From Felis catus (Eukaryota): a stretch of 64,000 nt of DNA. A program made the translations under genes and the position numbers. The stretch spans positions 205,656,001 through 205,720,000 of the forward strand of contig NC_058368.1 of assembly GCF_018350175.1 (NCBI RefSeq), given 5' to 3'. Of the stretch, positions 48,914 through 60,670 are shown in pieces (positions within the stretch are counted from its first letter, which is position 1; every line of letters begins with the position of its first letter). The notes beneath the pieces are model-generated. The model saw only the letters and a program-made list of their open reading frames with translations. It had not been told where the DNA came from and made no database searches.

Positions 48914-51146
48914 CAAACCAAAAACTTTATTTCATGTCACCTTTCAGTGAGGCCCACCCTAACGACCCTGGTCAAAATAGAATACTCCCTCTCCAGCATT
49001 ATCCATCCCCCTTAGGCTTTTATGATCTTTCATTGGCACTTATCTTCTAATACACTAAGCCATAAACTTACAGATTGCGTATTTGACTATAGGTACTACT
49101 AGAAGTTAAGACCATGAGGACAGAGATGTTGAACTGTTTTTTCATTACTGAATCCCCAGTGCCCAGAACAGTGCCTGGCATATGGTAAGCATTTAACAGT
49201 TTTGAATGAATGAATGATTCCATATAAAGCACTTAGCACCACTACTGGTACATAGTAAGTGCTTAATATATAGTAGCTATTTTAGGGACTGCAGGCTGCT
49301 TCAAATCAGAGACCAGATGTGGTGTTTCAGACTTCTGCTGTAATGAACATGAGGAAAGCAAATTTATCAAACACGTATATGGGAAAAGTCCTGTGATGCC
49401 AACGTCCTGAGCATATTATTTCCCATTCCCTAATTGTAGAAAGTGGTTAACAAGGGCATGTTTTTCATGTCATATAATTTAAAACAATCAAGGGTCTCAA
49501 CAAAGTATATCATTACTATCAGGCAATCCAATTCTTGGAAAGAAACTTAGATATTTTTGCATTAACCTCTTAAACAGCAACTTTGGTTAACTATATGATT
49601 TGGGGCAAGTCATTAACCTCAGTGTCTTATCTGTTAGTGTCAGGTGACTGGGGATTGGAATACAGTTCTGGGTATGGTCTCTCCAGGACCGTCAATTGTA
49701 CCATTCAGTATTTTCATGGGATGAGAGGTTGAAGGTCTTTATTCAGACCCATGTCCAACAGACTAAGGCTTAAGAAAATAAATGAGTATTAGGCCCTGGA
49801 AAATTGTGTCTACCAAGTCAACTTCTGTTTGAGTTAAACTTAGACTAAGAAATTGGCTCTCTGTAAACTTGTTGCTATGGTTTTGAGCTTTGCTTTTTGT
49901 TAGTTCTCTCTCTATTTTTCCCTTCTCTTCTGTCCTCTTCCTCTCTTTCCGCATTCTTCTTTCCTAAGGTGTAACCCCTGCTCTGTGTGGCTGCTCTGGT
50001 CTTTGGGGACTTTGATGTCTATTCCCAAGGTGAGGAAGTCCACATCCATATCTAGCTCTAAAGATTTTCCCTACACTCAATAAATTAATAAGAACATTAT
50101 GAATAATTTTATGTAAAGAACTCTGGAAACTTACATGAAATAGGAAAGTTATCTAAAATCACAACTTACCAAAACTGACACAGAATGGACTATCTGAATA
50201 AGGTCTATATCTGCCAAATAAATTGGAACTGTAATCAAAATCCTTCCCATGAGGAAAACTACAGGCCTAAACAGCCTCACTGGTTCATTCCTCCAAAAGT
50301 TCAGGAAATAATACTGTATTTATACAGATTCTTTCAGAAAATAAAGAAAGAGAATGCTTACAATTCATTTTGTGAGGTCAGTATAACCTTGAAACTGAAA
50401 CATGATCAGGATATTATAGGGAAAAAATTACATCTTTTTATCTACCATGAACATAGATGCAAAATTTCTAAACACAATATTAGCAAATAGAGTGCAATAA
50501 GATAGAAATAACATAATAGTTCACGGCCAGGTAAAGTTTATTTCAGGAATACAGTAATAGTTTAATATATAAAAACCACTTAATATCATTTTAAAAATAA
50601 CTTTAAAATAGAGAAAATCATATTATCATCTCAATAGATACAAAAAAGGCATGACCCCATTCATGACTAAAACAAAACAACTGTGAGAAAATTAAGATGA
50701 GAACTCTCTTAATGTGATAAAAAGGAGTCTAAAAACTCTACAGCTGACATCATTTCTAATGGTGTAATACTGAACTTTTTTCCCTTAAAGTTGGAAATGT
50801 CTACTGTCACCATGTTTATTCAACATACTTTTGAAGGTTCCAGTCAGAAGAAAAAGGAATAAAAATTACAAAAATATTACATGATGAGAAGAATAAAGTT
50901 ACCTCTATTACAAATGACATAATTATATAAGAAATTCAAAAGAAGTTATAAACTATTAGAATTAAGGTATTACCAAATTTGCTGGATGGAAAACCCATAT
51001 AGAAAAAGTACTTATTTCTATATTTCAGCCAAAAATAAAACCATAAAATTAGAAAAGCAGTACCATTTAAAATAGGAGCTAAAAACTATGTACCTCTGGG
51101 TTAAACTTAAGATTTATAAGATGTCTATAATTAAACTACAAGTGTT

Positions 51147-51665
51147 GGTGCTCCTGGGTGTCTCAGTTGATAAGCATCTGACTTCAATTTTTTTTTAACG
51201 TTTTATTTATTTTTGAGACAGTGAGAGACAGACCATGAACAGGGGAGGGTCAGAGAGAGGGAGACACAGAATCCAAAGCAGGCTCCAGGCTCTGAGCTGT
51301 CAGCACAGAGCCCGACACGGGGCTCGAACTCACAGAGTGTGAGATCATGACCTGAGCCGAAGTCGGCCACTTAACAGACTGAGCCACCCAGGTGCCCCAT
51401 ATAAGCATCTGACTTCAGCTCAGGTCATGATCTCAGGTTTGTGAGCTCAAGCCCCTCTTCAGGTAAAACAACAACAACAACAACAAAAAACAAAAAACAA
51501 AAAACAAAAAAAAAAACCCACAAAAACCATGAGCCCTGCTTTGGGTGAGCCGCACTTGCTTCTCTCTCCCTTTCCCTCTGCCCCTCCTGGGATTCTCTCT
51601 CTCTCTCTGCCCCTTGCTCACTTGCGCCCTCTCTTTCTCTCTCAAAACAAACCAAACAAAAAACC
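51147..51665 (+). mobile_element. CanSINE variant (host) with an internal A-rich block, split by an antisense SINE
   Basis: Head at 51147-51186 resumes at 51401; (CT)n linker and A tail extend to about 51665. Confidence 0.85.
51187..51398 (-). mobile_element. CanSINE nested antisense in another SINE
   Basis: Perfect 17-bp TSD ataagcatctgacttca at 51170-51186 and 51401-51417. Confidence 0.97.
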
Positions 51666-52574
51666 CCCCAAAACCCTGTTGCTAAAAGAAAGAATACTTA
51701 AATGGGGGAGATGAATAAAGTTTGTGGATTGAGAGATTCAATATTTGTAAGATGTCATTTTCTCCAAATTGATCTATAAATTTGATCTGAGCCCAATCAA
51801 AACCTAGCAGGATTTGTGTAGAAATTGACAAGCTGATTCTAAAATTTATACAGAAATGAAAGTACCAATAAACCTTAGATAATATTGAACAAGAACAAAG
51901 CTGGAGGGCTTACAACACCAGACTTCCAGACTTAGTGTAAAGCTCCAGTAATTAAGAGTGTGGTATTATGCAAGGAGAGACAAACAGACCAACTGGACAG
52001 AATTATGAGTCTAGAAATAGACTCACACATACAGAATTTCTTGATTTATTAAAAAGGTGCCACTGCAGTTCAGTGGGAGAAAGTTGGCTTTTCATTAAAT
52101 GGTGCTATAACATTATTCTTATGAAAAAAATGAACCTTGCCTCCTATATTACAGCATACAGTAAAATTAATTTGAGAGGGAATATAGATCTCTATTTGCA
52201 AGATAGAAAAAAACGGAGCTTTGGGAAGAATACAGAAGATATCTTTATGACCTTAGGTAGGCATGACTTTCTTAAACATAAACATAAAGCATTAACCATA
52301 AAAAAAACCTCTGATAAACTGGGTTTTAACAAAATTATGACTATTAATTCATCAAAAGATATCAATCATTATGATAATGAAAAGACAAGCCATATACTGG
52401 AAGAAAATATTTGTCATTTATATGTCTGACAAAGGCCTGGTATCCTAAATATACAAAGAGTTCATGTAAATTAATATGATATAAACAAACCATACAGTTT
52501 TTTAAAATTTCAGGTATTTCATAAATAAGATATCCAAATAACCAGTAAACATATCAAAATCTAATCTATATTAT

Positions 52575-52815
52575 TATTCATCAAGCGAACAGAAAGCAGA
52601 ATCAGACCTATAAATACAGAGAACAAACTGATGGTTTCCAGAGGGGAAAGGGTGGGAGGATGGGCAAAATGGGTTGATTTTGATCTCTGCCTTGATTCAG
52701 TGGTGGTTACACAGGAATATACATATATGAAGACACATCCAGCTGTATAGTCAAGATTTGTGTACTCTATGCACTTTACTAGATATGCATTATACTTCAA
52801 AGGCAAGCAAAATTA
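52575..52815 (+). mobile_element. L1 3' UTR fragments (mixed carnivore-type and older)
   Basis: 'cagagaacaaactgatggtttccagagggg' followed by 'gtggtggttacacagg...aagatttgtgtactcta'. Confidence 0.6.
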
Positions 52816-52867
52816 AAAATTAGATTTTAATAAAAGTAAAAAGCATTAGTTAAAAGAACATACACAA

Positions 52868-53955
52868 GAAAGAATATCTAATGGGAAAAAGACAGTGTCT
52901 TCAACAAATGGTGTTGGGAAAATTGGACAGCTATATGCAAAAGAATGAAACTGGACTAATTTCTTATACCCAAAGATATACCCAAAAATATCTTATACAC
53001 AAAGATAAATTCAAATGGATTAAAGACCTAAGTGTGAGACATGAAATAATAAATCCTAGAGGTGACATTAACAGTAACCTTTTTTACATTAACCATAGTC
53101 ATTTCTTTCTAGATAAGTCTTCAGAGGCAAGGGAAACAAAAACAAAAGTAAACTATTGTGATTTCATAAAAATAAAAACTTTTGCACAGCAAAGGAAGCA
53201 ATCAATGAAACTAAAAAGGCAACCTATTGAATGGGAGAAGGTATTTGCAAATGACATATCTGACATATTTTAGTATCTAAAATATGTAAAAAACTTATAA
53301 AATTCAATATCTAAAACCCAAACAATCTAACTTAAAAATGGGCAGAAGACATGAAAAGACATTTTCCCAAAGAGGACCTGCAGATGACCAACAGACACAT
53401 GAAAAGATGCTCAACATCACTCATCATCAGGGAAATACAAACCAAAACTATAATGAGATATTACCTCACACTTGTCAGAACGGCTAAACTCAACAACACA
53501 AGAAACAACAGATGTTGGCGAGGATGTGGAGAAAGATAAACCCTTTTGCACTGTTGGTGGGAATGCAAACTGGTGCAGCCACTCTGGAAAGCAGTATGGA
53601 GGTTCCTCAAAAAATTAGAACTACTCTACAAACCAGCAATTGCAACACTAGAATACAAAAATACTAATTCGAAGGGATGCATACACCCCAATGTTTATAG
53701 CAGTATTGTCTACAGTAGTCAAATTATGGAAACAGCCCAAGGGTCTATTGACTGATGAATGGATAAAGAAGATGTGGTATCCTTGGAGTATTAGTCATAA
53801 ATATTGAAATATGAGTCATAAATGAGAATGAAATATTGCCATTTGCAATGACATGGATGGAACTAGAGAGTATAATGCTAAGTGAAATAAGTCAGTCAGA
53901 GAAAGACAAATACCATATGATTTCACTCATATGTGGAATATAAAAACAAACAAAG

Positions 53956-53993
<38 letters not shown>

Positions 53994-54227
53994 CAAACCA
54001 AGAAACAGATTCTTAACTATAGAGAACAAACTGATGGTTACCAGAGGGGAGGTGGGTGGGGAGATGGGTGAAATAGGTGATGGGGATTAAGGAGGGCACT
54101 TGCAATGAGCACTGGGTGTGGTATGGAAGTGTTGAATCACTATATTGTACACTTGAAATTAATATTACACTGTACGTTAACTGGAGTTTAAATAAAAACT
54201 TAAAAAAACAGAATAAAATAAAAAAAG
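52868..54227 (+). mobile_element. Carnivore L1, 5'-truncated, with frameshifted ORF2 C-terminus and 3' UTR
   Basis: Homologous to 3525-4590 but disrupted ([14 protein letters not shown]). (GA)n tract at 53960-53991, then an A tail. Confidence 0.94.
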
Positions 54228-55894
54228 ATAAGCCAACAGGTGGATGAACACAAATCCCAAATTCTCACACCAATGAATGGGCAGAGCACCAGGTCACAGT
54301 TCCTTCGGGTGAAACAACAGGCAGTGTACATCGAGGTCTGTGCAGGATTTAGGCTTGGTAGACGTCCCCTAAGCCCCCGAGCAGCAGACTGTAAAGCTAA
54401 CAGCCCTTCAGCTCCTGTGGGTAGCTCAGCTGATACCAAATAGGCATGAATATCTCAAAAAGAGAACTGAGCAGTTTCAGGCACCCAGCTGGACTCTGCA
54501 GTCTAGGAGCCTCTAGCAACCAGAAGGGAGCTTTTAGCAGTTAGCCTTTCCTTATCTCACCAGCAGATCCTGGAGGATGCCTCTGGCATGCACTGACTTA
54601 GGACCTTTGCCTTTGGTTCCTTTTCCACAAAAAAAGAAGTCCCATTCTGTGCAAACCTTTCTGAGGATGAGTTTGTAGACATCGTCAATAAGACGACCAC
54701 TTGGTAATCCATTTTAGGATATTGGAAAACTAGTTTTAATCCATTCTGATGGAAGATTTTATGCAAGAATTAAAGCATTCTAAGTCTGGTTTTTCGATTT
54801 CATATCACATCAACAAACTTTGCTGTGGATGGAATTAGCAGCCAAAGAGCTCTGTCTAAATCATTGCTTTCTGTTGTCCTAAGCTTTCTCAGTGTTGGAT
54901 GTTGGCTTAGATGCCAAGCTGGACCAAGAACATCGTAAACTTCTTGTCTATTTAATGACTAAAATAATAGCCCTGTTTGATAATAGCCATCCCAGACTTA
55001 TCCATCTCAAGCTATAAAGGGAGACACATTAGTATTTGTGGTCACATATTGACCAGTTGAAACCTCATACATGGCTTTCAAAAGCAAGTGAACAAATGTG
55101 TTTTTGGGATGAGGCACTGCAAAGAGCTACAGAGCATTGTAATTGGAAGCTCTTTATACAGCATACATTCATACTCACTGATATTATCTTACATTTATAC
55201 GAGACTTCACAATTTCAACATGCTTCTCTATATATTCTCCCACTTGATTTCCATAAATTTCCATAAAATAGGTATCATATCCATTGGAGGTGCGTTCAAA
55301 GTCACCAGTAAGTGAAGGAGGTATTCACATGACTTACTACATCCATATCTATGGTTGGTGAGGCTGGACTTTCACAAGTGAAATCCTTTGCTTTTCAGCT
55401 TTCGAATTAAAGAGTTTGAACTAGCAAGTGGCCTTTCCTTCTTCTATCTTGTATTGGCCCCAAACCTTGCAATTCTTGACATTTATACAAGAGGTGCTCA
55501 TCACACCATTTTATGAGGTAAGTCATACAAGGATCATGAACCTCATAGAGATCTTGTTATATTTCTCCAATATGATGGACACCCATGATAAAAGTAGGAG
55601 CCTTGTAAAAAACCATAAGCAAAGCTCCACATTTTACTTTAGGTTTAGAGAGTGTCAGACAAACTATTATTGAATCAATAGAGAAAGAAAACAAAAGCAT
55701 AGTTGCCCTCTGAAACACCTAACTGACATTATTTTTTTAAATAAAGTGTAAAATATAGGACAACTCTAGGAAGACAGTTTAAAAATTAAGTTCTCCGTGA
55801 GGTCATTCAGCAGCTGAAATGATTAATAGTAGATAAAACTCATGAACTATCATAATTTCCTATGCTGTGGGTATATTATTTTTCTCTCTGGTTT

Positions 55895-56012
55895 TATTAA
55901 GATATATATGAAGAAAATATAATTTATACCAGCAAAATTCCTCCTTGTTAGCTGTTCAGTTCTGCAGATTTTGGCTAATGCATACAGTTGTCATACCACT
56001 ACCCAAATCAAG
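55895..56012 (-). mobile_element. Old L1 extreme 3' end fragment
   Basis: 'atataatttataccagcaaaattc...cagttctgcagattttggctaatgcatacagttgtcataccactacccaaatcaaga'. Confidence 0.65.
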
Positions 56013-57207
56013 AAGCTAGGTTTAAAACCATGCCCGTCAGACCCACCAGCTCTTTTCACTATTCCAGGGTACACTATTCTTGGGATCTGGAGGTATAAAG
56101 CTAAGAAATACCCAATTTATGCAGACAGACCTAAGCGAGACCCTCTGCTAGGAAAGCGGTACCTGCTGAGGTGGTCTCCAGCTCCCTGGTTATAAAGAAA
56201 TAGGTTGTTCTTTTTCTTTGACAACAAACCCATCTTCATCAATAATTTTTGACTTAGCCTAATGTAAGACTCTTATCCCTGTATAAATACTGCTCTGATT
56301 TCCTAGTAGAAATTTGATAGAGAATATATTGATAGACTGTGATGTACTTATCCAAATGGTTAATTCCACAATTCTATGATTACAACTACAACTTGACCTT
56401 AAAGTATGTGATGCCTAATTTTATCAATGGGCAAGCTATCCTGGACTGAAACCCCATAGAGGAAGAATGGATGAGTAATCAGACAAGTAAAAATTTGCTG
56501 CTTATAGCATCATCCAACTGTGTGTAGAGCAAGAGTCATTATATTTTAACATGCTGGGAACATTTGTCTTGATTGAGTGTTAGTCAATAAAAATTCCTGT
56601 TTAAAGGATTGCTGCTGTGGGGTCTGCTCTTGTTCCTGAAACTGCAGGGACACACTGAAAATTGGAAGAAAAGCATACTACACAATACCTAATAAAGTGT
56701 TATAAAGTACTAAAATAGCAAAGTCCCTTGTCCATTAAAAATGTAGTAAAATTTTCTGAAAATGAAATTTAATATTATGTGTTATTTTTTCTTTCTTGGA
56801 ACCATAGATTACTTAAATATTTCCATTAGCGCCAAAATAGAGTGATATGATAAAAATGATGAAATGAAAGATTATGGTTTTCCACTGGGTATCAGAAGAA
56901 AAAAGATTGGGAGAATTATAATAAAAATAAAACTCAAAGGAATTCAAATGCATTCCATTTGCAATTAAAGCACACATTTAAGTCATAGGGTGATGTAGCC
57001 TTGGAAGAGGAGCTATGCTAATTTATAGGTATTTAATTAACTCCACAGGGTAGAGTCCCCTGTTGTTACTTTGTGTATATAATATTTATATTGATAATTA
57101 CAAAACTAATTTAAAATACTAAAAAAAGACGTAAGTGAATACAGTTAAGCCCATTCTTTCTCAATTTCCAAATGGTCCATATCAGATTGTGAAAACTGAC
57201 CCAATAT

Positions 57208-57413
57208 ATTTTTTAATGTTTATTTATTTTTGAGAGAGAGACAGAGCATGAGCAGGGGAGGAGTAGAGAGAGAGGGAGACACAGGATCTGAAGCAGGCTC
57301 CAGGCTCTGAGCTGTCAGCACAGAGCCCGACGTGGGGTGTGAACCCACAAACTGCAAGATCGTGACCTGAGCCAAAGTTGGATGCTTAACCGACTGAGCT
57401 GCCCAGGTGCCCC
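57208..57413 (-). mobile_element. CanSINE
   Basis: Perfect 16-bp TSD aaaactgacccaatat at 57192-57207 and 57414-57429. Confidence 0.97.
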
Positions 57414-58229
57414 AAAACTGACCCAATATTTAGCAAGGTCTTTACTCGAAACTTTAGTCGTAGTGGAACAAGGATGAAGAGGGAAGAAAGGAAACGTAGA
57501 AGATTCCTTCCTTTTGTTTTCTTTGGATGGACGAATCTAAAGAGTGTCCTGTGTAAACCTAAATGTGAGACCTAAAACCATAAAAATCCTAGAAGAGAGC
57601 ACAGGTAGTAATTTTCTCTGATATCAGCCATAGCAATATTTTTCTGCATATGTCTCCTGAAGCAGGGGAAACAAATGAAAAAATGATCTATTGGGACTAC
57701 ATCAAAATAAAAAGCTTCTGTATAGCAAAGGAAACAATCAAAACTAAAAGACAACCTATTGAATGGGAGAAGATATTTGCAGATGACATATCTGATAAGG
57801 GGTTAGTATCTAAAATATATAAAGAACTTCTACAACTCAACACCCCAAAAACAGATAATCCCATTTAAAAATGGGCAGAAGACGTCAACAGGCATTCTCC
57901 AAAGAAGACATACAGATGGTTGATAGAGATATGAAAAGATGTTCATAATCACTTACCATCAGCAAAATGCAAATCAAAACTACAATGAGACATCACTTCA
58001 CATCCATCAGAATAAAATCAACACAAGAAACAACAGGTGTTGGCAAGGATGTAGAGAAAAAGGAACCCTCATGCACTGTTGATGGGAATGCAAACTAGTG
58101 CAGCTACTATGGAAAACAGTATGGAGGTTCCTTAAAAAATTAAAAATGTAATTACCATATCCAATAAATCCGCTACTAGGTATTTATACCCAAAGAATAC
58201 AAAAAAACTAATTTGAAAAGATGAAAGCA

Positions 58230-58439
58230 GGGGCGCCTGGGTGGCTCATTCGGTTGAGCATCCAATTTCGGCTCAGGTCGTGATCTCATGGCTTGTGAGT
58301 TCCAGCCCCGCGTCGGGCTCTGGGCTGATAGCTCGGAGCCTGGAGCCTGTTTCGGATTCTGTGTCTCCCTATCTGTGCCCCTTCCCTGTTCACACTCTGT
58401 CTCTGTCTCTCTCAAAAATAAATAAATATTAAAACAAAA
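58230..58439 (+). mobile_element. CanSINE
   Basis: TSD ttgaaaagatgaaagca at 58213-58229 and 58440-58456. Confidence 0.97.
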
Positions 58440-58700
58440 TTGAAAAGATGAAAGCAGTCCTATGTTTATTGCAGCATTTTTTACAATAGTCACTATGGAA
58501 GCAACCCAAGTATCCATCGATAGATGAATGGTTAAAGAAAAAGTGATATATATACACAATGGAATATTATTCAGCCATAAGAAAGAACAAAATCTTGCCA
58601 TTTGCAACAACATGGATGGAGCTAGAGCTTACAATGCTAAGTGAAAGAAGTCAATCAGAGAAAGACAAATACCATATGATTTCACTCATATGTGGAATTT

Positions 58701-58908
58701 TTTTTTTCAACGTTTATTTATTTTGGGGACAGAGAGAGACAGAGCATGAACGGGGGAGGGGCAGAGAGAGAGGGAGACACAGAATCGGAAACAGGCTCCA
58801 GCCTCTGAGCCATCAGCCCAGAGCCCGACGCGGGGCTCGAACTCACCGACCGCGAGATCGTGACCTGGCTGAAGTCGGGCGCTTACCGACTGCGCCACCC
58901 AGGCGCCC
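58701..58908 (-). mobile_element. CanSINE, youngest SINEC_Fc type
   Basis: TSD ctcatatgtggaattt at 58685-58700 and 58909-58924. Confidence 0.98.
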
Positions 58909-59824
58909 CTCATATGTGGAATTTAAGAAACAAATCAAATGATCAAAGAAAAAAAGATGCAAATCAGAAAACAGACTCTTAGCTATAGAGAACAAACTGA
59001 TGGTTACCAGAAGGGTGGTGAGTGGGGAGATGGATTAAATAGGTGATGGGGATTAAGAATTCCACTTATCACTATGAGCACTAAGCAATGTAAAGAATTG
59101 TTGAACCCTGATATTGTAACCTGAAGCTAATGTAACACTGTATGTTAACTATAGTGGAATAAAAACAATAAGCAAACAAACTATGTCCTTTTTGCTTTGT
59201 ACCGTCTTGGCTGAAAGTAACATAGGGCCAACAGAAAATGAAGTTTTGTTTAAAAGACAATTAGTATTTATTCAATATAATTTTTTCACTTTGCTTGTAT
59301 TTCTCCCATTCCCTTTAAGGTACTTTTTTTTCCTCCAAAGTCATCACATGACTGTTTTCTCCTTTCTGTTTAAAAAATGGTTCTATTCTTGAGTTTGCTG
59401 GAGGATCAGCCTAGAGGGCCATAGACCTCGGGCAATTGTGGGCATGTCCATGCTCTCCCAACAGTGGGGGCAACATCACTGAGTTGAGTAGGCAGAACAG
59501 TCCTGAAAAAAAATCCATTAAACTCAAAACTCTTAGAGGAAGTAATGGAAATATAAAAAGAGGCATTAGTTGACAATATTTACTGAGCATGTAATGGAGA
59601 GTGTTTACACAATTATCTCTAAGCTTCATCTTGCCTGCCCTTGGAGAGGAGTGTACAGTGTTATTTTCTAAATTGTCTTGAGTCAAAGCTCTGATTGATT
59701 CCAAACATATTAGAGAAATTGTTACTAGAGTAAATATATTTTTAAAAGAATAAGACATTATTCGTTACTCAGAATGGTATACTTAGAATATAACATTAGA
59801 TCTATTACAGTATAGCATCTTTAG

Positions 59825-60079
59825 ATCACCCTCTCCTCTGCTTCTGTCTTCCCATCTCCTTCCTGGACTCTGACCCTTCGGCCCTCATGCCTCCCTCTTC
59901 CAAGGACACTTAAAATTCCACTGAGCTCACCCCAATAACTCAGGATAATCTACCCATCTCAAGATCCCTGACATATGTACATCTGCAAATTTCCTTTTGC
60001 CATGCAAGGTAATATATACACATGTTTCAAGGATTAGGACGTGGATAACTTTGGGGGAGTCATTATTCTGTCTATCACA
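59825..60079 (-). mobile_element. MLT1D-like LTR, 5' half
   Basis: 'caggataatctacccatctcaagatcc...acatctgcaaatttccttttgccatgcaaggtaa...ggattaggacgtgga...cattattctgtctatcaca'. Confidence 0.82.
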
Positions 60080-60109
60080 CATGCCAGTTGCTAGGATGTT
60101 TTTCCTTGA

Positions 60110-60670
60110 TGACCATCCCAGGTTTCTACATCTCTGGTTTGAGATTAAACTATATTCTCTGCAAACTATATATCTACCTTAGTAGCTTGTTTTCTCTTAG
60201 GTTTTGCCAATAGGGGGCATTAAAGGATACTGCAAGGCAGGACGAGGAAGTGAATTAATTCTTTTTTTTTTTTTTTAGCTCGATGCTCTTGATTGGCACT
60301 TCCCCAGAAAAGACCCTCCCTGGCAGGTGCAGATGGTGTAGATCCCAGCTTTTCCTCAAATTCTCAGCATGGCCACACTTCCAGAATCAGTCTCATTACC
60401 CTCAGACTATGCACACAAGCTGGGCAACGGACCTCTTCCGAAGTTTGAGTCTTCACTCATCAGAGCCACTGTTCCAAGCATCTGGCTTCTGAAAACCTCA
60501 AATTATTTTCTTTCTTTCTCCAATCCTAGAGATGACAGCAGCTTCTTGCAATAATTAGCATAGTGTTCATTTTTAGGCGTTTCAGTTCTCCAGCATCTGT
60601 TTAACTATTTCCCTACATTAAAATCTCTTGGTTGAAGTACCTGGTATACTTTTGTTTTCCTGATAAATTT
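60110..60670 (+). mobile_element. LTR33-like ERVL solo LTR
   Basis: 'ctctgcaaacta...ttaggttttgccaatagggggc...actgcaaggc' and the end 'attaaaatctcttggttgaagtacctgg...tgttttcctga'. Confidence 0.72.

Larger units (their letters stand above)
48080..49218 (+). mobile_element. L2 3' end, split by nested CanSINEs
   Basis: 'gtgatctggcccct...atgtcacctttcagtgaggcc...ccccagtgcccagaacagtgcctggcatatggtaagc...tgaatgaatgaatga'. Confidence 0.82.
50080..52560 (+). mobile_element. Ancient L1 (L1M-type) ORF2 remnant, heavily decayed
   Basis: Recognisable ORF2 motifs: 'aattcattttgtgaggtcagtataaccttga', 'catgaacatagatgcaaaa', 'atcatctcaatagatacaaaaaaggc', 'gaaattgacaagctgattctaaaattta' and 'gaacaaagctggagggcttaca'. 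Confidence 0.85.
57556..59180 (+). mobile_element. Carnivore L1, 5'-truncated, carrying two SINE insertions
   Basis: Decayed ORF2 C-terminus (WDYIKIKSFC, MEYYSAI) and 3' UTR ending 'ggaataaaaacaataa'. Confidence 0.94.

Noticed and set aside
54564..54706. Protein-like frame (...LSEDEFVDIVNKTTTW) with an in-frame TGA
   Set aside because: Short and unrecognised, with no SECIS or conservation evidence, so selenocysteine or read-through is unsupported.
54228..55710. Long 3' transduction after the L1 at 52868-54227
   Set aside because: No second poly-A tail and no convincing TSD. The aaaagcat(t)agtt similarity near 55693 is short and A-rich.
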